Assembly: GCF_000143415.4 (NCBI RefSeq) | Contig: NW_003314263.1 | Span: 2,730,041 to 2,794,040 of the forward strand | From: Selaginella moellendorffii | Lineage: Eukaryota; Plantae; Lycopodiophyta | Length of the DNA stretch: 64,000 bases | Direction of reading: 5' to 3' | Shown here: positions 10,253 to 22,240 of the stretch, piece by piece | Layout of the letters: every line of letters starts with the position of its first letter | Numbering within the stretch: the stretch's first letter is position 1 | Made by a program: the position numbers and the translations under genes | The notes under the pieces: model-generated | Seen by the model: only the letters and a program-made list of their open reading frames with translations | Told to the model about the DNA's origin: nothing | The model's database searches: none

Positions 10253-13200
10253 TGTCATATATTTGCTATCTTTTTGTATTTTTTTAAGGAGTATATTTAT
10301 TACTACTATTCATAATAAGAAGTGAACCCCAAACTTCTACTTATATGATTTAAACTCAAGATGAACCCATATCACCTTTTCAAAGTAGGGTTTTTAGGAT
10401 TTATACTTAGAGTACTTAATCTTTTCTCCTCCATTTTATTTGTAATTTTGTCGTCTCCCTTTCTCTCAACGATGAGCTATTGATAGTTTGAACATCTAAT
10501 ATCAACAGTTTTCAATCAGATCTCAATACTTTATAAAAATTAAATCAAATATTAGAGTATTCAATATAACACTTCACTTGTAGGTGTAATAAATTAGCAC
10601 TAACAACGGCTTCTTAGTTTAAAGCTAAATATTGGTATGACAACAATGTTTGATAGCGAGGGTCTAGTTATCAATATAAGTTGTCTAAGGAAAGAAAATA
10701 GGAAGGTTAATGCTCTTACTCAATACAATTATCTTGCATTTTCATCTTGTTCAACCTTTAACATTAAATTATCTTTGATCTCTTGTTTTTAAATTAACTC
10801 TCTTACACAATTCTCTATTCCTTTATCACTCCCTCTTAAACTATTAAACTATTTATTTAAAAGCTTAGCAATAGCTTTTTTGGGGTTTTATTAACCCAAC
10901 ATGGTGATTATCAATTTCTTCTATTTTGGGTTGGACTTATTTATCAATAAGTGCAATTGTATATAACTAAATGGCAAATAAAATTGTTTATTGTCCAAGC
11001 ATGCATGTTATAACATTTTTATATCTACAAAGCATTAAAAATGATCTAATGATAATTTTGTTAGCCCTATATGCACAAGTATATTGTATTTATGATATGC
11101 ATCAATGAACCAAAATGCCTCAATATGCTTTATTTTGTCTTCTCCAAAGACAAAATATTTGTCTTATTTTGTCTTTTCTTGCTTTAAGGTCTTTGAAATT
11201 TATTCCTTACTAATCTTTCACCTTTTTGTGGATTTGACAATATTCTTATTATGGCTAATTTATTTTCCAAAATAATATATTTCTTGCTATGTTACAATAG
11301 AATTAATGGAGACTAACTGGTTGAGCTTATTTATAAGAATATTTTTCAAGTTTATAAATTGTTATATAATGTTGTTAATGATTAAAGGCCTCAATTTATT
11401 TTTATTGTAAATAACTAAAGAGAATGACTCAAGAGACGATCCATAAAGGTTTAAATATAAAAGAAAAATGCCCATATACAAAAGTGAAGGAATTGAAATA
11501 CTTAAGGTTAAACATCATTGGGTTTAATAATGTCAAGAGCTAAATAATATCATAAGGGTTTTAAAGTTAAATATTATCATAGGTGTTGATTGGTGAAATG
11601 AATCACACTATATATTGAGATGTTATTAAATATTATTATAGAAGGCTTGGGTATAAATGTCCTTAGGTTTGAATATTACTGGGTTAAAGATGTTTAGACT
11701 TAAAAGCCCTATAATAATATTTAACTATTGAATTTTGAAGTTACCTAGGTTTGAATAAGAGAATCATACCATATATTGAGATTTCATTCAATATTATTAT
11801 AGGGGTTTTAGGTCTAATTTTGAATCATACCACATGTTGAGATTGACATCTTGGGAAAGTTGTGATTCTCATCTTCCATTCATAAAGGCTTGGTGGATTA
11901 TAAATATCTCAAGAGAACAATTCAAGAAATTATCCATAAAAGTCCTATTAATAAAAATGCACTTTATTTTACAATTAGTTAGTCTTGGGATAGTTGAGGT
12001 TAAGTGTTTTTGTGTTTACATAATACTAGGTTGAATTCAAGAACTTACATCCAGCTTTTGGCACTAGTTTCTTCCCTTTTTTCATATAAAAAACAAATTA
12101 AAATTTTAATATCCTTAAATTAATAGGAAATTAGAGCATACTATTTAAAGTCTTGAGTAATATCTTTGATGCTTTATTTTTCATAAATAAGATGATTGGG
12201 TTAATTTCCTTCCTGCAAATGAATTTACTTATAATAATTTTTAGCACTCTTCAACACATCATTTTCTATTTTTCATCTTCTATGGATCTTCATTGGTCAT
12301 ATTTATTTCCTTCAACATTTGATCTTATAAATAAATTTATTGCTTATGCAACTATCTTAGATTCTTTTAATGAAGAAATTTATCATCACCTTTTTCATGC
12401 TCATGTTATTTATTGCCATAGTGTTGATCATTCTTGACAACCTAATCCTTTTTATTTAATTGGATAAAATGTTTAAGTTTGTCATTATTTAAAAACCACA
12501 CACCATTATAATAAATATTTGGTGTTCTATAGTTTTTTGTTAGAACTTTATGCCCCTTTTAATCAAACTCGTATTCCACCATCACCTCCTCTAAAGGTTA
12601 TTGCTTGTGAGCAAGAGTTTGAGGTTGCTATCATACTTAACTCAAAGTATTAATACTACAAACTTTATTGTTTAGTCAACTTGCTTAGGTATTCTCGTAG
12701 CAATCATATTTGTGAACTTACTTCTCATCTTACTTATATTTCTAAATTTTTTATGAATTTCCATTGATGACATCCATGTAAGTCTACATTTCAATTGCTG
12801 CTTGGTGTTTGGCATTAAAGTGGGGATGGTGTCATATTTGCCAAGATTTGCTTTAAATACTCTAAATAGGAACTCTAGAAACTAATTTGATACAACTTTT
12901 AATTATCTTTCTGTATTTACTGAGGAGTTATATTCATTATTAATGACCATAGTTAGAAGTGAACCCCAAACCTTTAGTCATGAAATTTGAATTCAAGACT
13001 AGTATATATGTGGATGGGCATTGGGATTACTATAGACCCATACCTAAATTAGGTTTCTGAATTTATTTTCTCTATTATTTTAGTATTAATAGTTTTATCA
13101 TCTCCCCTCTTATTAATGACAAGCTTACAATATAAACAATCAAATGTTGCAAATATAACTTTAGGTATCAAAAGATACCTGTCAATCAATTATTTCAAAC

Positions 13201-13253
13201 ATTCTAATAGGATAATACCAATATTAATAAACTAAGTTTAGCATTTGTATCAA
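10253..13253 (+). mobile_element. Degenerate Ty3/gypsy chromovirus-type LTR retrotransposon remnant
   Basis: 5' LTR TGTCATA(10253)...TATGACA(10642). 3' LTR starts TGTCATA at 12830 after a PPT (aaagtggggatgg). Both LTRs share agaagtgaaccccaaac. Integrase relic GFDNILIMANLFSKIIYFL (about 11230) and chromodomain relic PPSPPLKVIACEQEFEVAIILNSK...LYCLVNLLRY...FH**HP (about 12577-12785). The 3' end is approximate. Confidence 0.75.
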
Positions 13254-14504
13254 TATAAAGAAAAAAATCTAAATGTCTATTTAGCCAAACTTACTTAACT
13301 TGGTTTGCTAATTTTCTTTTGCTTTGTCTTGGATTGACTTTGCAAGAACCCTTGTATATTGAGCAGTAATCCCTCAATTCACTATATAATAGTTTACTAT
13401 CAAGGACTCTTATATGTAATATTTTCTTGGTTTCATTAGCTATATATGGAAGGTGTCTAGATTTGTTAATTAAACATATCTATGAAATGTGGAGAGCCTT
13501 CTAAACATGATCCCAAGTCCTAATTTATTATTTAACACTATTTCATATTTAATAAGTTTTCAAACTTATTCTAAATATTATCTTATAAGATTAAGGTGAG
13601 GCTATTATATAAAAGGGGTTTATAGGGGGTTCCAAATATATAGTAAAAATAGTGGTTGAAAACATGACTAATTTAGTTTTTATTATGTCACTCTTTATTG
13701 TGTGTTTAACTTAAGTTTAAGCCCCAGCTCCATACCATATTGCTCAGTGGGGCCTTGTATTAAGCCATCAGTATATTAAATTATGCTAAACTTCTTTACA
13801 CCATTTTGCATATAAAGGCTGAATATAAAGTGTTTGTGATCAGTTTTTTTTATTTTATAACACAATAAGCATGGAGTTTGGCTCCAAATTCATGTGTTAT
13901 ACACCAAAGAGCAATGAGTGAATAAGAAAGAAGAAGCCACTCATTTAATGTGTCTTAAAGACAATAGCTGGATTTGCTAGTTGGGAGCCTAGGCATTTAG
14001 AGGAGCTATTGCAGTGCAACTAGGATTTAGAGCTAGGAGACTGTTCTCAAATTCTTCTACTACCAGGTGAGGCTGGTTTTCAAATCCTAGTGGAAGAGCC
14101 CCAGTAGGAGGCACAAAGAAGTTAATAAAAGAGCATGTCTAGGAATTTGGCAAATAATAAAAAGAAACAAAAAAAGAGAAGCGATAGAAAGAGAGGACCA
14201 AGTAAGCCAAGGAGAAGAAACTAAAACTTGAATCTTATACCTTGGAGAGCATTGTTAGAAGTACCTTTGCACCTTGTATCTACTCAAAGTTTGGAGTGAG
14301 GAGGAAGAGAAGGGGATGCATTGCCCAAGAGATGAAAATGTGATGGTAGTGAGTGTAGAATGGAAGGTGTTGAAAGTGGAACTGGTGCTCAGTCTGGACC
14401 TTTATCACCCATGCCCGTAGAAAGGATGTCTCTAGCTTGCTTCTAGAAAACTCAAGATTTGCCATGTTGTGTAGGAAGAGATGGTAGACATATTCACCAG
14501 AAGT

Positions 14505-14655
14505 ACTGAACGGGATGTCAAACTTGGTTAGCTGGGGAAGAACTCCAATCTGTCCGGAGAATCTGTTATGTCTTGAGTCTAGATTGTTGAAATAGGTGGA
14601 GGTATTGATGGATCCACGCAAGGTATGGAAGAATGCTGCAAACATTGGGTGGAAT
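14505..14655 (-). pseudogene. BIR-type LRR fragment
   Basis: IPPNVCSILPYL / TYFNNLDSRHNRFSGQIGVLPQLTKFD, with deletions. Confidence 0.8.
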
Positions 14656-14787
14656 GCCGTGCCGTGATCTTTCCGCCATTGGTGGTGTGGTGTTGACTTT
14701 TCTTGACTGTGAAACCATAAACAATTTTAAAATATTAACAAATCTCAAAATTAAATGTAAACAATTTTAAATAATACTAAATCGAGT

Positions 14788-15402
14788 TATGGCCTGAGTC
14801 AAGCTCGAGACGACCAAGAAGCTAGATACACTCGAGAATATGAATACTGGAGAGGGGCATCGGATAACCTCCAGCAGCCAGCTCGGGCAGTTGTTACGTA
14901 GAGGCTGACCGCACAGCCCTAAGAGACGTTAAACTTGGTTAGCAGGGGAAGAACTTTAATCTGTCCAGGGATGGGTCCCGAGAATCTGTTCTGGCTCAAG
15001 TCGAGATTGTTGAGATAGGTGCAACTGTTGAAGGAGTTATCGATGGATCCCGAGTGAAACCCAACGAGGTATGGAAGAATGTTGCAAAAGTTGGGTGGAA
15101 TGGCCCCGCTGAGCTCATTCTGTGAGAGGTCAAGAACCGTGAGGCTGGAGTACTTGTCCAGGCCTTGCGGAAATCCACCCGTGAGCCCGGATCCTGGCAG
15201 AGAGATGCCATAGACTCTGGAATCGTTCTCGTGGAGGCAAGTGATCCCGACGAAGTTGCAGATGCCAGACGTCAGCGTGAAGTGGATCCCTGACCGAGCT
15301 CTTGAACTCTCTGAGGCACTCAACAAATCTCTGGCAGGAAATTACCTCGAGAAACAGCTCGATGGCAATAATGCTCGAAAATCCGGCTCTTGCGGCTTCC
15401 AT
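14788..15402 (-). pseudogene. Frameshifted BIR-ectodomain (tailed type) pseudogene
   Basis: MEAARAGFSS...ECLREFKSSVRDP, frameshift, then ICNFVGITCLHENDSRVYGISLPG...LTKFNVS*. The tail region (14790-14880) is homologous to the tail of 8550-9299. Confidence 0.85.
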
Positions 15403-15594
15403 CTCGATCTAGGCGATCTAGCGGGTTAGCAGCCATTGCAGTCCCATGCTCCCTAGCAGTATCCAACGTATGTTCTGGTTCGCCAGAGCTAATTTCAAGA
15501 AATATGCGACGACCCAGATTGCGTTCTTCGGGTGTGGCGCATTTTTCGACGCATTATTTGACTGACTTTCATTTGTTGAATATATATATTTTTT

Positions 15595-15860
15595 TATCTA
15601 TGACCACAGTCAAGCTCCAGACGATCGAGAAGCGACAGTATGAAAATGAAAGAAAAAGGAGCCTTTAATCGTCTCCTCAAGCCAGGACGTAGCTTGGGAT
15701 TGTTTGCGAACGAGGAATTCCCGAAACGCCCTCCAATCATGCTGGAACTTCCCCCGAGAACTCGTTCGAGGAAATATTGAGCTTGGCAGCTGTCCAATCT
15801 CTTAATCTGGGATAGAGCCCGAGAATCTGTTGTGGCTCAAGTCGAGATTATTGAGAGATC
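15595..15860 (-). pseudogene. BIR-ectodomain 3' fragment
   Basis: LNNLDLSHNRFSG at about 15820-15857, FGNSSFANNP, and the hydrophobic tail relic SFIFILS. Confidence 0.7.
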
Positions 15861-15899
15861 TGCAGCTAGATGATATATTCATAGCAAGCCAGTTAGAAT

Positions 15900-16750
15900 A
15901 CGACTACTTCTTGCGTATCTTGAGAACCAATCCAAAATGATCGCTGGGCAAAACCGGAGCTTGAGAAACGATTTCTTCGTCTCCTTCTCAAACGTCAAGC
16001 CAGGAATCGGTTTCGTCCCGAGCATCTCACTGCTTTCCACCTCAAAGTCACGGAAATGGTAGAACACTCGATCCAAACGCTTCTGTAGTCTGCTTCCAGT
16101 GAGCATGAGATTGGCCTTTGCGTCGTAAATTAGCCCAGGCTGCAAAGACAAACACAAGGTGAATCAAACCTCTGCCATAAAAACGAGAGCAAAAGTTCTC
16201 ACCTCAGTTGTGTCCATGCGTCCATCCATCCATCCTCGAGAGGAGGCTGGCAGTCTAGCTTGTCGTCCCAGTTCATGTCTCCTCCAAAGACATTTGGCAG
16301 CGGCTTGAGCGTTGCGAGCGCCTCCTTCATCTGTGCAACGCGCTCGGCGCTAAACATCTGATCGAATTTCGGGGGCGCTGGACACGCACGAGTAGCTGCG
16401 TGATGTTGCCGCAATCGATGTCTGCCGGACAGAGCTCTCTTTCCATGATCGTGTTGTGGAAGGGATTGCGGTACTTGTCTATCGGCAGATTATTAGACTG
16501 AATGACTTCCTGTAAGGAAAGAAAGACCTGCCGTGAGGCTGATAAGCTCTCCGATAGTTTCCATTCTTCGCTCCAGCTCGAGATCCTCACGAAACCAGAC
16601 GCTGGATAAAGTTAAAATTTGTGCGCTCTGTCGTGAGGATTGCCCTGGTTTGTCAGGAGCCGCAGCTTGGATTTCCTTTCTTGGACAATGGCTGTGGCTC
16701 GTCCAGTTCTACCTCTTGGAGCTCGGCTCCAAAATCACCTCCTCCTACTG
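15900..16750 (-). pseudogene. TDP2 partial duplicate with internal deletions
   Basis: Near-identical to parts of 23930-25180 (PGLIYDAKAN, CPAPPKFDQMFSAERVAQM, FGGDMNWDDKLD, WFREDLELERRME). Confidence 0.9.
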
Positions 16751-17084
16751 TCACTGATATCTTTGATCACTACTTGACAAGCCCCCGACCCCCATGGGAC
16801 GAGCTCTTCAACTCTCTGAGGCATTTTAGCTGCCGTAATCCGGCCCAATCGACCGATATTTCGAGGTCATCTAGGCGCTCTATACACATTGCTCAGCAGC
16901 GCTTAGTTGATCGCAATCTCATCTTTCAGCGTGGTAATGGCTGGTGGTGTTCACTTTTCTTGACTGTGAGATTGGAACTTTAATTTACAAGAACTGAAAA
17001 TTGCGTGTAGCGTGGAGCAAGATTCTCAGCAACTCACAAAATACTTGATGTGTATTATCAAGAATTAACACTAAAGAATAATTT

Positions 17085-17802
17085 TCAAACGAAGTCAATC
17101 AAATAATAGAAGAGAGGTTTGGATGACATGTGCGATCTTGATCTGGCCAGAATGATGGTGGAGACGATCAAGAAGCTAGACATACTGGAAAATATGAAAA
17201 TGAAAGAGGAGCTTCGGATAGTCTCCGCAAGCCAACTCTGGGTCCTGCCGGTATAACATAGCTTGCGGAAACGTAGAGGCCCACCACACAGCCCTGGATT
17301 GCTGGCAAAGGACCTAGACGAAAAGTTCCGGCCAAAACTCGTGAAAGATGACGGAATTGTCCCAGTGAACTTGGAGGAGACGTCAAACTTGGTGAGCCGG
17401 GGAAGAACTCCAATCTGTCCGGGAATGGGTCCCGAGAATCTGTTGTGGCTCAAGTTGAGATTGTTGAGAAAGGTGCAATTGTTAAAGGAAGTCTCGACAG
17501 ATCCCGAGAAGGAATTGTTGTGGACGTCAAAGCTGATGAGGTATGGACTGCCGCAAATGTTGGAGGGAATGGTGCCGTTGAGCTTGTTATGTGGGAGGTC
17601 GAGAAACGCGAGGTTGGGGCACTTGTCCAGGCCTCGAGAAAATCCCACCTTGCCGGTGGGAAGATCCACGAGTCGAGGAAGTGCATGGGATCCTGATCGA
17701 GCTCTTGAACTCTTTGAGACACTCGACGTCGCTCTGGCAAGAAATTACCCCGAGGAGCAGCGCGACGAGCATGCTCGATAATCCGGCCCTCGCCACCTCC
17801 AT
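17085..17802 (-). pseudogene. Frameshifted BIR-ectodomain (tailed type) copy; inverted twin of 20712-21464
   Basis: MEVARAGLSSML...ECLKEFKSS, then a frameshift and deletion, then GLDKCPNLAFLDL...NPGLCGGPL...SSFIFIFSSMSSFLIVSTIILA. Confidence 0.85.
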
Positions 17803-20711
17803 CCTCGCAAAACTGTATTTCGACTTGCGGAATCACCGCAATGCTTTCTAGCATGTGTTCTGGTCCGCCATAGCCATCGATTGCGTGGGTCAAAACCAGG
17901 GAATTCGGATGTCACATAGTCTTGCCTGGAATATTGAAAAAATTCTACTTGATTTTTTGTCTACTTGCTCTGGGCGCGCGGACACTAGAATTTGAGGACT
18001 TGCTCTTGGCGTGCGGAAGCGCGAAGATTAGAATTCTGATTCTGTTTGTCTATTTGTTCAAACACAAAGGTCGTAGAAATGAGGAATTCTACGTTTTACC
18101 TAGCCGGGCTTTCTAGCGCCCTGATAGGATTAGAGACATGCAGCTGATTTTAAGTTCTCTGCTACCTTGCGAAAGAGGATCACAGTGTACAGATTGAAGG
18201 TGACCTGAAACGTTTTGATCAAAATCTTCTCAGTCGAATTCAGTGAGACTTTTTCGTAGCTTTTCAGCCATTCGTTATGACTAGAGTCATCAGCACGAAT
18301 GACCCAGACAAACCTTCCAGTTTGCTTGCGATTGACCGCACTGAGTTGAGCGCTACTCTAAGAAATTTTTGTAAGTCGTCTTTGTGCTTGGAAACATTGT
18401 CTTGGATCATATCGGAGAGGATTCATAAATGGATTCTTCGCCTCGTCCTCGCCATCCTAGAGGCTGCTCCGTAGGCACGAAGCCGGTCTTCTTGGGTACT
18501 AGCTCCCTCCCCAGCGATTCCTGGAACAAAACATTATTTTCTTCTTTTTAACTGTTCAACTCGAGCCGTTACAAACCTGAAGTGATATGGCTCTGTGAAC
18601 ATTGCAGTCACTTATGGCTCTATCACCATTGCAGTCTTCCTCTCGTCCAGGGCCAGGATTGCCTTGGTGATTTTAACATTGCCTCGTCTCCCCTGACAGG
18701 ATGTGCTAGTTATCTAGAACATCGGAATTATGAGCGCCCATACAAGGGCCGGACCTCCCGATCTGCTCTACCGGCTCGTAATCCTGGAGCGGCTTGGGAC
18801 CTGTTACCTCCTGAACCGTGCTCTGGACGTGCTTCTCGATTATAGCGCCAGCGCCTGCGTGAGGCTCTTCATGTCAGTGCCATTCCATGGATCTACCCGA
18901 TCGCGTCCGGTGCGATCTAGCATAGTATCAATGCAGCGACCCCGGCTGGGGCTTCGAGTTTGATCCACAGGGACCACAACAAAGAATAGGAGTAGCTGAG
19001 CCACAAACTCGACAGCCTACATAGCTCCCTCCAGTACGGATATGGAAGCTTTAGTCACGGCATCTTAGAGAGCAAACTCTTGATCGATCCAATTTTGCTC
19101 GTTTTCTCTCAGGTGACATGCCTTCTGAATGTGGTACTGCAATCAAGATAATAACGAACGAGGAGATGAGAGCTGCGCTTATGATTCTTGGCAATGTCTA
19201 GATGCTTGGGACGATTGTAGCATAGTTTCGTATCAATAAAAACAATCATAGTTTTCACCTTATCCAGACAAATGCATTTTTCACTAAATATATTTATTTT
19301 CAAGCTTGTTCAAACCATGTTTGTTCAAATTTAATTAAATATACAGTTTCATATTTGTGAGCATCCATTCTATTGAATTGTGTTGTGACTACATTGGCAT
19401 TAGGCCTTATGAAATGGTGAGGGTGGTAGATGGCATGGCATCGCCATCTAGAGCTGGAGTGAAGTTTCACACCAAAAAGCAGAGCTTGCTGGAGACGTTA
19501 CAAGTTGTAACAGTCAAATTTTTGACTGGTGGGAGAACTGCCACTGTGAATTCACGTTTGGAAAAATCAATTAAAAATTCTAATAGAGAAGTTTTACTAG
19601 AGATTTACTGAAACTTTGGCTAGAATTCTTATTTGTATGATCTGGACCAGGTCAGGCACCTCAAGCACCCCAAGCTTGGACTGGAGGTCCCACAGAATTA
19701 TGAATTGACCAGAAAGCCACGGGAGACGTTTTTTGCCTTAGAAGCCTTGAGCAGTCATACTCCTGCTGCTGCCATAGGGAATTCATATAAGCATATATAC
19801 ATAAGAGTGCACGCAAAAATACTTGACAATATTAGTTGAAAGTAATAATCACCACTATACAAATTTGTGATTTACGCCATAAATTTGTTGAGGGAGTTTA
19901 AAATGCGCTTACCTGGAAGATAGCTTCCTTGCAGCATAAATAGTGCGTATACCAAGTATGATTGCTCTGCCAGGTTGAAGTTGGCTTCATACTTTTTCTT
20001 ATAGTTTCCAAAGCCTTGCCTGATGATGAAGAAGTCATAGCCGTGGAGATGTGGTGAAAGCCACCCAAGGAACTTTTAAACTTGAAAAATGGAACGAGAG
20101 CTCAGATCATACCTTTGGCAGTAGCGTGCAGATAATTCTCCAAGGGGAGAGAAGATTACCTGGGTATTCTTTTCAATCTCCATTGCCACCTAGAGAACAC
20201 TTTAGTCTCAACACACTCGGCCCAGCGGCTAGAAAATCCTAGAAATCGAAGCGAGGAGGAAGCAGAACGGAGATTGAGTCCGATAGAGACGCCAAACTTT
20301 CGAGAATCGCCTTCAAGCGCATTCTCCGTCAGATCCAGCAATGAGATCCGAGCAGCCCAACCGTTGCCGCGGCCCAGCGCGAGACAGCTGGATCTATGAG
20401 CGGCATGAGATCCATGGTCCGCGCAATCCATCCAGCTGCCTCGCGCGTCCGCACGCCCAGAGCAAATCCTCAAATTCCAAAGAATTCTAGTGTCCGCGCG
20501 CCCAGAGCAAGTCCTCACCTTCAGTTGATGTTGCCGTGGAGGTCTAAACATTAGACAAAAAAATCAAGTAGAATTTTTTCAATATTCCACGGTCCGCATG
20601 CCGTTGAATTCCCGGTTTTGACCGAAGTACGCAATCGGTGGCCATGGCGGACCAGAACACATGCTAGAAAGCATTGCGGTGAATCCGCAGGTTGAAATAC
20701 AGTTTGCGAGG

Positions 20712-21464
20712 ATGGAGGTGGCGAGGGCCGGATTATCGAGCATGCTCGTCATCGCGCTGCTCCTCAAGGTAATTTCTTGCCAGAGCGACCTCGAGTGTCT
20801 CAAAGAGTTCAAGAGCTCAATCAGGGATCCCATGCACTTCCTCGACTCGTGGATCTTCCCACCGACGTTTAGCATCTGCAAGTTCGCCGGGATCTATTGC
20901 TTCCATGAGGATGAGGTCGTGTATAAAATCGATCTGCCAGGGCTCGGGCTCACGGGTGGATTTCCTCGAGGCCTGGACAAGTGCTCCAACCTCGCGTTTC
21001 TCGACCTCTCACATAATAAGCTCAACGGCACCATTCCCTCCAACATTTGCGGCATTCCATACCTCATCAGCTTTGACGTCCACAACAATTCCTTCTCGGG
21101 ATCTGTTGAGACTTCCTTTAACAATTGCACCTTTCTCAACAATCTCAACTTGAGCCACAACAGATTCTCGGGACCCATTCCCGGACAGATTGGAGTTCTT
21201 CCCCGGCTCACCAAGTTTGACGTCTCCTTCAACCAGTTCACTGGGACAATTCCGTCATCTTTCACGAGTTTTGGCCGGAACTTTTCGTCTAGGTCCTTTG
21301 CCAGCAATCCAGGGCTGTGTGGTGGGCCTCTACGTAAGCTATGTTATACCAAATGCTCAGGCAGGACCCGGAGTTGGCTTGCGGAGACTATCCGAAGCTC
21401 CTCTTTCATTTTCATATTTTCCAGTATGTCTCGTCTCCACCATCATTCTGGCCATATGATATAG
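20712..21464 (+). CDS. Kinase-less BIR-type LRR ectodomain protein with a frameshifted (shortened) hydrophobic tail
   Basis: Open ORF from MEVARAG (an upstream in-frame ATG exists at 20661) with signal peptide, full LRR core and NPGLCGGPL. It ends SSFIFIFSSMSRLHHHSGHMI because of an 11-nt deletion relative to the 17085 copy. Confidence 0.75.
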   Translation: MEVARAGLSSMLVIALLLKVISCQSDLECLKEFKSSIRDPMHFLDSWIFPPTFSICKFAGIYCFHEDEVVYKIDLPGLGLTGGFPRGLDKCSNLAFLDLSHNKLNGTIPSNICGIPYLISFDVHNNSFSGSVETSFNNCTFLNNLNLSHNRFSGPIPGQIGVLPRLTKFDVSFNQFTGTIPSSFTSFGRNFSSRSFASNPGLCGGPLRKLCYTKCSGRTRSWLAETIRSSSFIFIFSSMSRLHHHSGHMI

Positions 21465-21859
21465 TCAACAAGAATTTATAGGGCGAAGATCAAGATTCCG
21501 ATGTCATCCAAACCTCTCTTCTATTATTTGATTGACGTTGTTTCAAAATTATTCTTCCAGATTTGTAGTTTTACATATTTTGAAGTATGCTAATGCTTGA
21601 TAATACAATCAACCATCAAGTATTTTGTGAGTTGATGAGAATCTTGTCGCTCCACGCAATTTTCAAGGTTCATACTCACTGTACCTTGTAGATTAAAGTT
21701 CCAATCTCACAGTCAAGAAAAGTCAACACCATCAGCCACCAGACTTTTCCAACGACTTTGCTACGTGAAATCCACGCCGTTGAAAAATGCGCCACACCCA
21801 CTCTGGGCCGTCGGTGCGCATTTTTCAGAGTAGCGCTAAGAGTTCTGTCGCGCAAGGTG

Positions 21860-22240
21860 TGTAGAGCGCCTAGATGACCACGAAATATCGGTCGATGGGC
21901 CCGATTGTCGCAGCTAAAATGCCTCAGAGAGTTCAAGAGCTCGGTCCAGAAATCCGGGGGCTTGATCAAAGAGATCACAATAGGAGGAGGTGATTTTGGA
22001 GCCGAGCTCAAAGAGGTAGCAACAACGTATCTGGAAAGCCCGTGTCCAGCGCCCCCGAAATTCGATCAGATGTTTAGCGCCAGCGCGTTGTACAGATGAA
22101 GGAGGTGCTCGCAACGCTCAAGCCGCTGCCAAACGTTGTCTTTGGAGGAGACATGAACTGGGACGACAAGCTAGACGGCCAGCCTCCTCTCGAGGCTGGC
22201 TGGATGGACGCATGGACACAACTCAGCGCAAAGGAGGTGA
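21860..22240 (+). pseudogene. Chimeric BIR-leader/TDP2 fragment
   Basis: CLREFKSSV (BIR) runs in frame into KEITIGGG...ATTYLESPCPAPPKFDQMFSA (TDP2), followed by VVFGGDMNWDDKLDG. Confidence 0.8.

Noticed and set aside
18020-20440. Coding potential of block X and the inverted-repeat spacer
   Set aside because: Only short interrupted frames with no family I can recognise; kept only as repeat structure.
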